Under the pieces are notes generated by a model. It saw only the letters and a list, made by a program, of their open reading frames with translations, did not search any database and had not been told where the DNA came from. DNA of 63,988 nt, the filler included, from Octopus bimaculoides (lineage: Eukaryota), in the NCBI RefSeq assembly GCF_001194135.2. It is 6 parts of 4 records of this genome, joined end to end, with 100 filler letters (N's around TTAATTAATTAA, not from the genome) between each part and the next. Parts side by side here need not be neighbours in the genome. Positions count along the whole stretch, not along the records: positions 25,490 to 40,008 come from NC_068989.1; positions 40,109 to 60,380 come from NC_068982.1; 4 more parts are not named here. One strand, 5' to 3'. A program made the translations under genes and the position numbers. Of the stretch, positions 36,540-49,140 are shown in pieces (position 1 is the stretch's first letter; each line of letters opens with the position of its first letter).

Positions 36540-38339
36540 GAATAAGTCAGTGGAGGAGAGGGAGAAAGGGAGAGGGAGTGAGTGTGTGGGTATTTTCATA
36601 AGAGTGTTAAAATTTGGACTGGAAGCGAGTTGGTGGGTGGATTATTGTATATGTCTTGAATTTCTATCTTTTAAAAAACACTCATACTCTCTCGAACTGT
36701 AATACTCTCATTCACTTACTCTCAAATACAGCCTCATGTTCCTTTACGTGTAAATTTAGATATGGGAATAAGCTTTCGTATACAATCGAGTCAAATAGGA
36801 AACACATATGTACAAAGGAAAATGTATGCAAGGCATTACTTATATTAATAGCTTATGCATATGAATTTTGCAAATGAAATATTGTGTTTTATTCTAGGTA
36901 GTAGGGCATTTCACTTTCAGAAATATTGGAGAGAATGAAAATGCACTATTAAAAGTAATGTAACGTCAACTGGGATACATAATAGGATTGAGGTTTTCTA
37001 ATAAGAGTTTTTTTGTTGGGCGAGTGACCTAACTTTCGAGATGATACTGCATTTTATATTATATTGTTGGATGTGATTTTATGCATTCCGCCACTCAAAT
37101 AAATATGGAGAGCGAAATGGCTTCGTTTCTATTCATTTCTAAACGCGTTCGGATGGTGGTTATAACGTATTTTAAATGATATGGTTGTGAGCCATATATA
37201 TATATANNNNNNNNNNCAACAAACAATAAAAAATTAAGCCAAAATACAAAGCAAGAACACAATTTTTCAAAAAGTGATGCTGTGAAATATTTAGTGTTTT
37301 TTTTTAAACCAGTAATATATTTTTTTTTTACAATGGAACTATTTTTTACAACGCGAAACTTATAGATTTAGCTTGAACTATTGTGAACTGAATGGCTATA
37401 TGTATATATTTATATAGCTATTTTCTATAATGCTTAATAATAAAGACACATTAACAAATCTGCAAATAACCAAATGATATAAATAAGACGAACATTTTTT
37501 TGTCTCGTAAAAACAATGCTTAACTCAATTTGTCAAATGGTTTCTTTTTCATTGGGATGGGGTATTTAAAATTGTTACATGCTTTATAGCAAATCATTCA
37601 AGCTTATGATCGATATTTTTTTCTCTCTTAACGTTCGTTTCATGAAAGCGAAAATAAGAATAAGAAATAATAAAAATGAAAAAAAGAGAAAATGAAAAAA
37701 ATGAAAAGCAGCAATGAAATGTTTAGGATTAAATTATGCATGTTTTAACCAATTGAACGTTGGGCAACTTCTTAAATTTTACATTTTAATTAACCATCAG
37801 TGTTCAAGAAATAATCTGAAGGGATTCTGTTAATGATTATTATTGTTGTTTTTGCTAACAAAAGTGAGAGAACTGAATTTGCAGAATGTTTCGAGCGATA
37901 GTCGGATTAAATGCCTTGTAGTTTTTAGTAGTGTCTCTTTAAATTCCTGAGTGTAAGGCTTCTTTATATATATTTAACTACGGAACGAAATCGAAAACAT
38001 AATCCTCGTCTTTAAACTAATTGTAATATTATGAAGTACCTTAAATTTTATGTGTCAAAATCGAAACAGGAAATATAAGACTATGAATTGTGGAATTTAC
38101 GCGGGACCTCCTAGTTATAATCGTTAGGTTAGTAGAGATACTAAATAACGATAGTATTTAAATTCTTGCAAAGATTCTTTTATTTGTTTTTTTATTTTGT
38201 AATGTGGTGCGGCGGCGGCGGTGGTGGTAGTGGTGATTGGCGGGGAAAATATGTGCCAAACTTGTTGATTTAAGCGTAAACTTCCACCACAAATGTACAC
38301 TTTAGTGTCAATGTAAGAATTTATTTTTACTGCTGTTAT

Positions 38340-38535
38340 AGTTGTTGTTTAACCACAGGTCAACCGTTATGGAGCAAACTTATAATCAAAGACATTCCAG
38401 CTATGACCATTCCTCTCTTTCAGGATATCTAGGACTACATTAACAAATAATATGTTCTTCTAATGTCTTTCTTTAAAGACGGTGAGCTCGTGGTCCTAAG
38501 AGAGATTTGGCAGCTATTTCTCGCAAGTCATCCGA
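38340..38535 (-). repeat. Family G copy
   Basis: gttgttgtttaacc tail, caaagacattccagctatgaccatt, gagagatttggcagctatttctcgcaagtc. Confidence 0.6.
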
Positions 38536-39393
38536 CGGCGCAGAGATTCCTTCTCGATTCCTTCTTGACTCTAAGATGTCAATTTTATATACTGTGCATG
38601 GTGAATCATATATACGCCAGTTCTTTCCCCTCATCCACCATCTCAAAAAGATTAAATAAAAGGGGATTTTTGGTGAGACCTTATGAAAAACGAAATAATT
38701 TTTAGGTGTAACTATAATTGATGTAAATGATTTCAGAAGTCTGTTAAGCCGCCTAAAGCTATCAATTAGCTTTGATTTAATAGCGTGGGTGGATAAAAAT
38801 AAAGTCTCCCTGAGGCTAATTGGGGGTAAGTATTTTTTTTAGATAGAATGGTAAATGATACTTGACAGGTTGTTGAACTGAGGAGCATTCAATTAAGTTA
38901 CACTTCCCAAATATACAGAGAAACGGAAAACTTTGAATTAATGTCAGCTTTTACATGCTCGATCGCCACATTAGAAATATAGAAATAGCAGCCAAGTCTC
39001 CTCAATTCCTATCACACCGTTGTAGGTAACCTGATATGTGTGTGTGAGTATGTGCGTGTGCATGTATTTATGTGTGTATGTATGTATGTATGTATGTATG
39101 TATGTATGTATGTATGTAGGTTTCTTGGTTTATAGTGGGTTTGCTGCATATATTTTAATATATATTGATATTACGTGATTGTCCATAGGATTTCTGATTC
39201 TAACATAACTAATGCTTGTTTAATGCCTTCTAGTTTTTGTTGCATATAAAAAGACGAGATGGTCGTGACTGGAACGTCTTTGAGCGAAGGTTTGTTCTAT
39301 GAAGGCGGAGCTGGCAATAAATAATAACTACAACGTCGGTTGGGAAAGACCGGTAGCGTGGATTTTAGATTCAAAACATATACTATTTATTTT

Positions 39394-39553
39394 CAAGTGC
39401 CGCCACATTGAAAGCATAAGCGAGTTGTAGTCAAGGACTGCCATACTGGAAAGTAAGAGAGTCGTAGTCTAATACCGTCACATTGGAGTCATAACGAACT
39501 TGTTATCAAATACCGCCATATTGGAAACATAAGCGAGCTATAGTCAAGTGCTG
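39394..39553 (+). repeat. Degenerate 38-bp minisatellite, about 4.2 units
   Basis: Units start at 39394, 39432, 39469, 39507, 39545 (caa.t.ccgcca.attg.aa.cataagcgag.t.tagt). Confidence 0.8.
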
Positions 39554-39689
39554 AATTTTGTTTAGAAAATTATGCTATTAAAGTGTTTATTCTTGGTTTG
39601 AAAGCGTTAAAATGCTGAGTTAAAATACCAAAGGTATATTACACTTTAGGATTTTAAAATCAGCTGTCTCCCTTGACAAGCTTCTATCA

Positions 39690-39880
39690 CAAGGAACATC
39701 TACGTGGACACAAGATCTGCTACAAATAAAAGCCAGCTTCGTCCGTAATTAAAGGTCATACTAGACAATGTCACCTCTGGTACACAAAAAGGTAAAAAAA
39801 AAAAGTGGGTTAAGTCAAGGCTGGAACGCCTTTGATCATCAGTCGATTCAATGAGGTTTGGCCTGTGTGAAATAACCATT
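39690..39880 (+). repeat. Family G degraded copy
   Basis: ggctggaacgcctttgatcat motif; related pieces at 38950-39020 and 39240-39300. Confidence 0.5.
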
Positions 39881-40119
39881 AGCAGGCTAATTTTGAAACT
39901 GGTAGTCGTCATTCGGCCCTTTAAGAAGATCAGTTAGGGACAGCTGTACTTGATACCCTAAACACACACAGAGCCATCCATACATATATATACATATATG
40001 AATATATGNNNNNNNNNNNNNNNNNNNNNNNNNNNNNNNNNNNNNNNNNNNNTTAATTAATTAANNNNNNNNNNNNNNNNNNNNNNNNNNNNNNNNNNNN
40101 NNNNNNNNATATATATATA

Positions 40120-41163
40120 CAGGGATTGGACAAAATAATGGAAACGCTTTAAAATTCCAAACAAATTTATTTTAATATGGAATAAGACCGCCTTTGGCAG
40201 TAATTACAGCTTGAATTCTACGAGGTATGAACTCATACAAAGTTTGAATGGTTTCCAAAGGAGATTTTGTCCATTATTCAGCTAAAACAATCTCCAATTC
40301 TTGTAGTGATGATAGTGGAGGATATCGACTCCTTGTTTTTCTAAAATGCACCATAAATGTTCAATAATATTGAGATCTGGGAACTGTGGTGGCCAGATAA
40401 GATGTTCAACTTCACTAAAATGTTCCTCGTGCCATTCAGTAACAACTTTAGCTGTGTGCATTGGTGCATTATCATCCTGAAAGGTTGCGTTTCCCTCCGG
40501 AAACAGTTCCGCAACCATAGGACGAATATGATCAGATAAAGTGCTTAAATGGTCTTGACTATTAATTCTGCCATGAAAGGAAACCATTGGGCCGGCGGAT
40601 TTCCAAGATATAACCCCCTCCCCCCTGTTCATTACAAATCCTCCTCCATGTTTAACAGTTGGAAGAAGGCAGTCTGGGTCAAAGGCTTCCTTTGGCTGTC
40701 TTCACAAGTATACTCCGCCGAAGGTCGGAAATAAGGTAAAGGATGACTCGTCCCAGAAAATAACATTCTTCCATTGTTCTAGAGACCAATTCTGTAGGCT
40801 TTTACTCCATTCTAAACCCTTTTCAACGTTTGTTTTTGAAAGTAGTGGCTTTCTGATTGCATCCGACGTGTGAAATCCGGCTTTGTGCAGCTCCCAGCGA
40901 ACAGTTTTTTGTGGGAATTGGGTTGTAGCGGTGGTCTGCAGTAATTTTGGCAGCTATACTATTATGATCCTTTCTAACAATTCACGTAAGAGTAACTGGT
41001 CCCTATCTGAAAGTTTTGGCTTTCTTCCACAGTTTTGTTTCGACGAGGAGGCTTTTCCCTCTTTCTCAAAGGCTGTCATTACTTTCGAGACTGTACTTCT
41101 TGAGACGCCAAACATTTCGGCTATTTTCGTTACGCTCGCGCCTGCCATCCGAACACCGACAAT
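40120..41163 (-). mobile_element. Tc1-like transposon relic with DD36E triad
   Basis: TA followed by TIR CAGGGATTGGACAAAATAATGGAAAC at 40120. Frameshifted transposase 40172-41163: GASVTKIAEMFGVSRSTVS, GRKPKL, VIFWDES, FQDDNAPMH, WPPQFPDLNIIEHLW. Other end is lost in the microsatellite/gap. Confidence 0.92.
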
Positions 41164-42520
41164 ATGTATGCACATTCACAGATGCATATATGCGTTCACA
41201 CACATAGATATATATATATATATACATATATGCACACGAATACACACATATACACATGCACACGCACACATACATATGCATGCACACATATATATACTTA
41301 CACATACACACATATACAAACACACTAAAAAACGCACATACATAGTATATAAATGTATATATATATATATATATGTATGTATATATATGTATATATANNN
41401 NNNNNNNNNNNNNNNNNNNNNNNNNNNNNNNNNNNNNNNNNNNNNNNNNNNNNNNNNNNNNNNNNNNNNNNNNNNNNNNNNNNNNNNNNNNNNNNNNNNN
41501 NNNNNNNNNNNNNNNNNNNNNNNNNNNNNNNNNNNNNNNNNNNNNNNNNNNNNNNNNNNNNNNNNNNNNNNNNNNNNNNNNNNNNNNNNNNNNNNNNNNN
41601 NNNNNNNNNNNNNNNNNNNNNNNNNNNNNNNNNNNNNNNNNNNNNNNNNNNNNNNNNNNNNNNNNNNNNNNNNNNNNNNNNNNNNNNNNNNNNNNNNNNN
41701 NNNNNNNNNNNNNNNNNNNNNNNNNNNNNNNNNNNNNNNNNNNNNNNNNNNNNNNNNNNNNNNNNNNNNNNNNNNNNNNNNNNNNNNNNNNNNNNNNNNN
41801 NNNNNNNNNNNNNNNNNNNNNNNNNNNNNNNNNNNNNNNNNNNNNNNNNNNNNNNNNNNNNNNNNNNNNNNNNNNNNNNNNNNNNNNNNNNNNNNNNNNN
41901 NNNNNNNNNNNNNNNNNNNNNNNNNNNNNNNNNNNNNNNNNNNNNNNNNNNNNNNNNNNNNNNNNNNNNNNNNNNNNNNNNNNNNNNNNNNNNNNNNNNN
42001 NNNNNNNNNNNNNNNNNNNNNNNNNNNNNNNNNNNNNNNNNNNNNNNNNNNNNNNNNNNNNNNNNNNNNNNNNNNNNNNNNNNNNNNNNNNNNNNNNNNN
42101 NNNNNNNNNNNNNNNNNNNNNNNNNNNNNNNNNNNNNNNNNNNNNNNNNNNNNNNNNNNNNNNNNNNNNNNNNNNNNNNNNNNNNNNNNNNNNNNNNNNN
42201 NNNNNNNNNNNNNNNNNNNNNNNNNNNNNNNNNNNNNNNNNNNNNNNNNNNNNNNNNNNNNNNNNNNNNNNNNNNNNNNNNNNNNNNNNNNNNNNNNNNN
42301 NNNNGGTGGGAGTTATATGTATTATTTAAAACAGTTTGAATCGGTTCTGCACTACTTCAAGTTTCGCAAGCTCCTTCCTAACAAGAGCCCGACTCCTTCA
42401 GGCATCTGGAAATAACCGAATGCAGAGATGCTACTACTGGTCAAGGAGTGTCACATGGTGTTATGGTGAATAATGTCAATTCGCTAGCGACACCAGTTAC
42501 ATCAGAAAATTGTGTCTGAC

Positions 42521-42542
42521 ATGGCAGCGGTAGTTAAGGCCG
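42521..42542 (+). CDS. Candidate first coding exon (MAAVVKA, phase 1)
   Basis: gacATGG context, in-frame stop upstream, strong donor CG/GTGAGT at 42543. Confidence 0.2.
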
Positions 42543-43221
42543 GTGAGTGTGAGAATTTGTATGCATGCGTGTGCGCGCGTGTATATGTGTGTGTGCGCGC
42601 GCGCGCGTAATATATGATATAACACCAATATATCACGAAGATGGAAAATAGCAGGCTCTAATAGTATATCACATGCTTTTTCACGGGACGCCAATCACAT
42701 AAGATTATTCTTGAGTATGAATCTTTTCTGTTTGCTTGACGATGTTTTCTATTTGGTTGCCAGCGTCAATTTTCTGTTCGAATTGATTTCATATTCACTG
42801 TAATGATACACTTTTATAGGCTAATTAATGACGTGAAAGTAATCTTCGCAATAAATCAATAAATAAAAGAGTTATGAGTAATTAAACTTTGAATATTTTG
42901 GTAATTTTAGCCAATCGTAAGCCACAGGCACATTCATGGCGGTTTCGATAGTAAGAATAAGCATATTTAAATTGTAATTAAACATTTAATTTGTTTGTTT
43001 AATGTTTGTTCCTTTTTGTCGTTGAGCATTGAGGTGATTGTGCGGTGTGCTAAACATAACAGCTAAATAAGATTTTTTGGATAAATCTCTTAAATTAAAG
43101 TTTATTTGCCAACGTCTTGTTCAAGAGATTTCAAACTGTTTTTCTCTTTTAAATTAACATAGACATTTATTTACATGAAAGAAAATTACCGGAGACATAA
43201 CACGTGTTGTTTACAAATATT

Positions 43222-43425
43222 CTTTTCTACTCTGGGCACAAGGCCCGAAATTTGGGGGGAGGTGACCAGTCGATTAGATCGACCCCAGTGCGCAACTGGT
43301 ACTTAATTTATCGACCCCGAAATGATGTCGACCTCGGTGGAATTTGAACTTAGAACGTGAACACAGACGAAATATCGCTAAGCATTTTGCCCGGCGTGCT
43401 AATGTTTCTGCCAGCTCGTCGCCTT
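43222..43425 (-). mobile_element. SINE family A (tail type 2), 18-bp perfect TSD
   Basis: TSD gtgttgtttacaaatatt at 43204-43221 and 43426-43443. Confidence 0.95.
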
Positions 43426-43664
43426 GTGTTGTTTACAAATATTGACAGCACGTGCTATCTTCAGGATGTTGACGACAAAATGGGCAGTCACGCACAAAAT
43501 GACAGCTACCAAATCCTGTTTCCTGACTGGGTGAAAATGATCAAACTTTAAAAACATTTTTCTGAAAAAACTGAAACAACTCCAGCAATTCAGTTTGCGC
43601 AAGTGTATTATTGTGCCAAATTTTAAAATTTCCGGTAAACTTTAATTTTTGGATCCGCTGGCAA

Positions 43665-45070
43665 CCAAACAGGGTACTAATATTTGGGCTGTTTGATTGG
43701 ACGCTTAATGAGATCCCAGCCATTAATGTGAAAACCCGAAAAATAAAAAGCACACATAATTTCCACATAAACAGTGACGTAGATCGTCTCCACCTAAAAT
43801 GAAAACAAGGCTTAACATCGATCCAAAATACCTATGAATGTCGTATCATATCCCTTCAGCAACATCTTTTAACCACCGAGTGTCGAGGTGCATCCATTGA
43901 CCAAGGTTGCATGCGTGAGGCTGATAACATCATAAGACTTGGAAGGCAGCTCCTTGAGCAACATTCTTTGTCTGATAACCTAGAATACATCCCCAAAGAA
44001 GCCGCACGACTCTACCGCAACATACCATCAGATGAAAGGATGAGCCTATATGAGCAGAAGACTATGCATTGATATGTTAGTAGAAATCTCTGAGATGATA
44101 GTAACATCAATCATCAAAACAGTTTATCATGGACCAATAGCCGGGTTACTACCTCCAACTTTGAAGGGTGTGCGTTTGCAATCCAGGAACAGGAAATATC
44201 CACGTACCTAATGCATAAAAGGGATAGAGATGCAGGAAAAGCCGTAAAAATGTGACAACCGATGCAAACTTTGTGAAGTTAACACCAAAGATATGACCCA
44301 CATCATCAGCAGTTGTCTGAAAACCTCATCACGATATTATCTACCGATGAGATATGATGTTGTAGCCAGGACTTTCTATAATGAAATCCGTCAGAAAGAT
44401 AACCCCTAGGCCAAAGAAGTAAGAACCCTCAGCATGGTAGAAGCCTTAGCCACTCATAATAAAAAGGAAACTAGTGGAATGTCCCAGTGGAAAGACCTGG
44501 TGAAAATACCTCAATAAAATGTAAGCACAACAGACCTGAGATAATGATTTGAGAAGAGAAACATATAGTGATTTGAGATAGAGATGTTAACATAAAGCTG
44601 AAGATCAGTTAAAAAAGAACACCTACGCTGAACTATTGAGAAATCTCGAGTTACTTTATCCAGATTACAAGTTCAGATTTATACCTGTAATTATTGGGAC
44701 CCTAGGATATGTAACACACTGCCTAAATACCAATCTTAAGAAATCAGGCTTCTCAAAACCAGAAATGGGAAAGCTAATTCAAAGACTACCGTTCCAATCC
44801 ATCACTGGAACTACAAAAATCTGTAGAACTTTCCAGAAGTATGTAAGTATATATGAGCATGTCTAAATATGCAAATATATGCATGAAAATACGTACATAA
44901 AGTAAAACATACAAATCTGCAGATACATATATATACATGTATGCATACATGCAAACAAAAATTCAATTTCAATGAAGGGGCCTTGAATCTAGGTTAGAAA
45001 CCGGTTCTTTCTCTATTGGCAATGAATCTTGAAATAAAACTGAACAATGACATACCTACATACATGCACA
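43665..45070 (+). pseudogene. R4/Dong-clade RLE LINE, 5'-truncated relic
   Basis: FGLFDWTL..KTRKI..FHINSDVDRL; FAIQEQEIST; CCHC knuckle CKLC..HIISSC (~44263); NRPE (PD motif mutated); LYPDYKFRFIPVIIGTLG; 3'UTR ending in (TACA)n. Confidence 0.88.
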
Positions 45071-45081
45071 CTAATACTTGT

Positions 45082-45463
45082 TGTTGGCACTCCGTCGCTT
45101 ACGACGTCGAGGGTTCCAGTTGATCCGATCAACGGAACAGCCTGCTCGTGAAATTAACATGCAAGTGGCTGAGCACTCCACAGACACGTGTACCCTTAAC
45201 GTAGTTCTCGAAGATATTCAGCGTGACACAGTGTGACAAGGCTGAGCCTTTGAATTACAGGCACAACAGAAACAGGAAGTAAGAGTGAGAGAAAGTTGTG
45301 GTGAAAGAGTAGAGCAGGGTTCGCCACCATCCCCTGCCGGAGCCTCGTGGAGCTTTAGGTGTTTTCGCTCAATAAACATTCACAACGCCCTATCTGGGAA
45401 TCGAAACCGCGATCCTATGACCGCGAGTCCGCTGCCCTAACCACTGGGCCATTGCGCCTCCAA
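45082..45463 (-). mobile_element. SINE family C, full length, ~12-bp TSD
   Basis: TSD actaatacttgt at 45070-45081 and 45464-45475. Confidence 0.95.
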
Positions 45464-45950
45464 ACTAATACTTGTACATACTCCTATTCTCTCACTGCTA
45501 AGCAATGGCCAGTCTTCCCTTACTTAATCGTTAGTTTTTAAAAGTTACTGTGCGAACAAAAATGTAATGATACATTAAAGTACTCAGGACCTAATTTTAT
45601 AATTGTTGTGAAGGCATCACACATTTAAGGATTGTAGGTGTTGAATACGGTAATGTCCGATCAATTGTTATGGACTAATGACAAAATTATGTTTCATAGC
45701 ATCGTATTTATTATAATATATTTTCCCTGCATTCAATAATAATTAAGATTCGGTAATATTCACTAATTTTGTACTTTTAGCAAAAATACTGTATCAATTA
45801 TTTAAAAATTCTTATTTCTATTCATTAATTGTTAGCTCTAGGAAACCAGTACTGGTTATATCAGCTATCAACAAACACTTGATTCACAGCTCAGTTATGC
45901 CACTGACCATCTCGGGTTAGTGGGTGGCTTGACAGATATCTAGTTGACAG

Positions 45951-46105
45951 TTGGCATTCAGCTAGATATTGAGAAAATTGCTTCAACAACAAACGTTAAG
46001 GAGAATCGGGTTGGGAGAGATCAGTTTACTTCGATAAACTCCATTAATAAAGAAACATCTACGTTTATCAGACAACAGGTTCATCTTGCACTACTGTCTA
46101 CTTGT
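45951..46105 (+). CDS. Candidate internal exon (phase 1 to 0)
   Basis: 51 open codons GIQLDIEK...LALLSTC, donor GTAAGT at 46106, weak acceptor. Confidence 0.2.
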
Positions 46106-46354
46106 GTAAGTATGAGCGTGTGAGGGGGGGGGGNNNNNNNNNNNNNNNNNNNNNNNNNNNNNNNNNNNNNNNNNNNNNNNNNNNNNNNNNNNNNNNNNNN
46201 NNNNNNNNNNNNNNNNNNNNNNNNNNNNNNNNNNNNNNNNNNNNNNNNNNNNNNNNNNNNNNNNNNNNNNNNNNNNNNNNNNTAGTCAAACACTCTATAT
46301 ACACGCACGCACACACACACACACACACACACACGTGCATGTAACAAATAGTGG

Positions 46355-46400
46355 GGGAAAGAAGAAGCAGAAGAAGAAGAAGAAGAAGAAGAAGAAGAAG
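46355..46400. repeat. (GAA)n
   Basis: Seen directly. Confidence 0.95.
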
Positions 46401-46775
46401 AAGAAGAAGAAGAAGAAGAAAAATATTGTAAATAAATAATGTTGGTAAGGAAAAGATTATAATGAAGTGAATGCGAATATATTAACCGAATTCTGTGTTC
46501 ATGTGTGAGTGATCAAACTGCGATTGACCAATTTGTAAACAGTTGTTAAAATCCTGATCAACAGATATAGTATACAACATCAATTATGTCACTTACGGAG
46601 TCAACAAAAGCTGTTCAACTGACATTGTTGTTTTCCTAATAGAGAGACATTTGAGATATGGCAATTGCCGTTAGGGGAGCTAATCGACAGCTGGTAGTCT
46701 ATCAGGCTATATACAAGGTTTCGTTTATCACTGTTTCTTCTAAGTTCAAACTCAGACCGAGATACGACAGTGAGA

Positions 46776-47122
46776 GGGTAAAGGGTAAAGACCCCTTCCA
46801 TCATGAATGACCATAGGATTGCACCTAGAAAGTTACCCTCCGAGGCACAAGTCCAGGTAAGGTTGTTTATGGAAGACCAGCAGTTGCCCATGCATAATAT
46901 CTCCTGTGTCTACGTCACTGATGTTATCCAAGGGAAAGGCAAAGGCCGATACAGCTTGGCACCAGTGACGTCGCAACAAATTTCTACAGACGAGTGAACT
47001 GGAGCAAGGTGAAATAAAATGTCTTGCTCAAGTACACAACGCACAGCCCGGTTCGGGAATCGAACTCACTACCTCGTGATTGTGAGCCCGACACACTAAC
47101 CACTGAGCCATGCGTTTTCACC
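46776..47122 (-). mobile_element. SINE family E, tail Y ending in (TTTACCC)n
   Basis: gcatggctcagtggttag A box, gagttcgattccc B box, gtacttgagcaagacattttatttcaccttgctccag central domain. Confidence 0.85.
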
Positions 47123-47330
47123 ATGACAGTTATAAGACATCCATAATATAACACACTACTGTCTGTAGTGTGTTAACTTTGTTGGTACACCGTAAATTTA
47201 CCAGCACAGCGTAGTTATGACCAAATATGGTTACATAAGCAGTAAAAGACGTTTAACAAAAATGTGTTTAGTTTTACAGTGAAAATAGAACACGTGGACA
47301 GTCGGAAGGTAGATATAAGTGAAGATTAAA

Positions 47331-47367
47331 TTGTCTAGTTTTGCCTCTTATTAGATGCTCATCAGAA
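47331..47367 (-). ncRNA. Degenerate minimal hammerhead-like core
   Basis: The minus strand reads uuCUGAUGA-GCAUCU-AAUA-AGAGGC-AAAAC-UAG-AC-aa, three substitutions from a canonical minimal HHR. Confidence 0.4.
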
Positions 47368-48234
47368 GGTTTGTCACCTTCTCTCTGTTGAACTTTTGAC
47401 TCTTGTATACAAATTTATTTAGAGCCAACCTGTGTTCGTATTTTAGTTAGTACTTACCAGCTGTCAACATTGTACCATTATGCCAATTCCTTTAGACTTG
47501 CAACACTGACTAATGGCGTGAAAATGTCCGCAGATTGAAGGCGAGTTAGCAATACCAGACGAATATGGCATGAAAGAGGAAAATAGTCGGTAAATCCTCA
47601 GTTTAAACTATCGAAGCTCCCATCGCTTATTCCCGGGTTATGTTATTAAAGCGAAACTAAACATTTGTTTAGTCTTTTACTGTTTACTGCCCAGAAATTT
47701 TTACACATACCCATGCTATGCCTGCACCATAATCACGCTATATGTACACCATATACACACCACATCAACGCTATACCCATACCACATCCTCTACGGAGGT
47801 CGGTTTAAAAGTTCAGTGTTTTCATCGGGGTGGGGGGGGGGCAGTTGCAGGACGTCCGGACCTCGAGTCATCTTCAAGACTCTCCCTTCCCTTCGAGACT
47901 CTCCCTTCAAGTTGTATCTTTTCTACTATCCTGCACCGCCTCAACACATACACGCGCCTTCTACCTGTGTGAGGCCTACAAAGGAAAGGAAACCGCAAAA
48001 TTTGCTGTTTTGCGTTCTTTATAGTTTGCAAATTAGTTATGAGAGATTAGGAGCCCAAACAAGAATGGTAAAATCCATTGTGGACGATATTTTTTGTACA
48101 CTAATGGTTTTGGATCTTAGGCTTACTCAGATTGGTACCTGTGTATGTTAGTGGGCTGCTGTACTTTCCTTATTATGTCTTCTAGATATGATGTACCTGT
48201 CGCAGATGTGTTATATGTATTATAATTTGTAGTA

Positions 48235-48273
<39 letters not shown>

Positions 48274-48309
48274 CCGCGCGTGCATGTGCGTGTGTATTGC
48301 AAACGTTGT

Positions 48310-48570
48310 GAAGGCGTGTAGCTTAGTAGTTAGGGTATTCGGCTCACGATCGTGAGGTTGTGAGTTTGATTCCTGTTAGTGCATTGTTTCCTTGAGCAAG
48401 ACACTTTGTCATGTTGCTCCAATCCATTTAGATGGCATACGTCAACTCTGTGTCACACTGAATCTCTCTAAGAACTACTTTAAGGGAACGCGTGTTTGTG
48501 AAATGCTCAATTACTTGCACACTAATCTCACGAACAGGCTGTTCTGTTGATCGGATCAACTGGAACACAT
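48310..48570 (+). mobile_element. Hybrid SINE: family E head/central domain with family C tail
   Basis: ccttgagcaagacacttt...gttgctcca followed by ctctgtgtcacactgaat...gatcggatcaactggaac. Confidence 0.8.
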
Positions 48571-48949
48571 GAGTGTCAGACATCATCACTCATTGTAGTT
48601 TTATATTGCTGAGTGGGATGGTTTCTGGTTATTGATATTATTTGTGTTTCTGTAAAGAAGTAAGATGGTAGATTTGATATGTACAGCTTTCAATGAGTCT
48701 ATGCTAACAGATTAAATGTAGTGAACAGAAACAGTTATTTAAGTAAAAATTACTTTTGCAATGCAAAGAAAATCGAGTTGCAATGACTGATGTTCATCGA
48801 ATCGATTGAGACAAAATGATGAGAGCTCCAAATTTTTTAATTAATTACTATCAGAAGTACACTTACAGTGGAAAGATGAACACATTACCTATTATTTGTC
48901 CTCCCCGACAAAGCTTAATTTGCCCACTGTCTTCTAGCCCACAACAGTG

Positions 48950-49140
48950 TAGCGCTATTACACTGCAATCTATTACACTGCAATCTATCCCACTCCAGTA
49001 CATAGTTATACAAACTGCAGTATTGTATGAGACACCATGAAATGTCACACAATAATATAGTGCTATACAATATCACACATTACGATATTACACGCGGCAA
49101 TTTATTACACTGCAATATCACCTACTACGACATAATACAC
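48950..49140 (+). repeat. Degenerate ~15-bp repeat (attacactgcaatct)
   Basis: ctattacactgcaat occurs twice in tandem, with further decayed copies. Confidence 0.6.
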
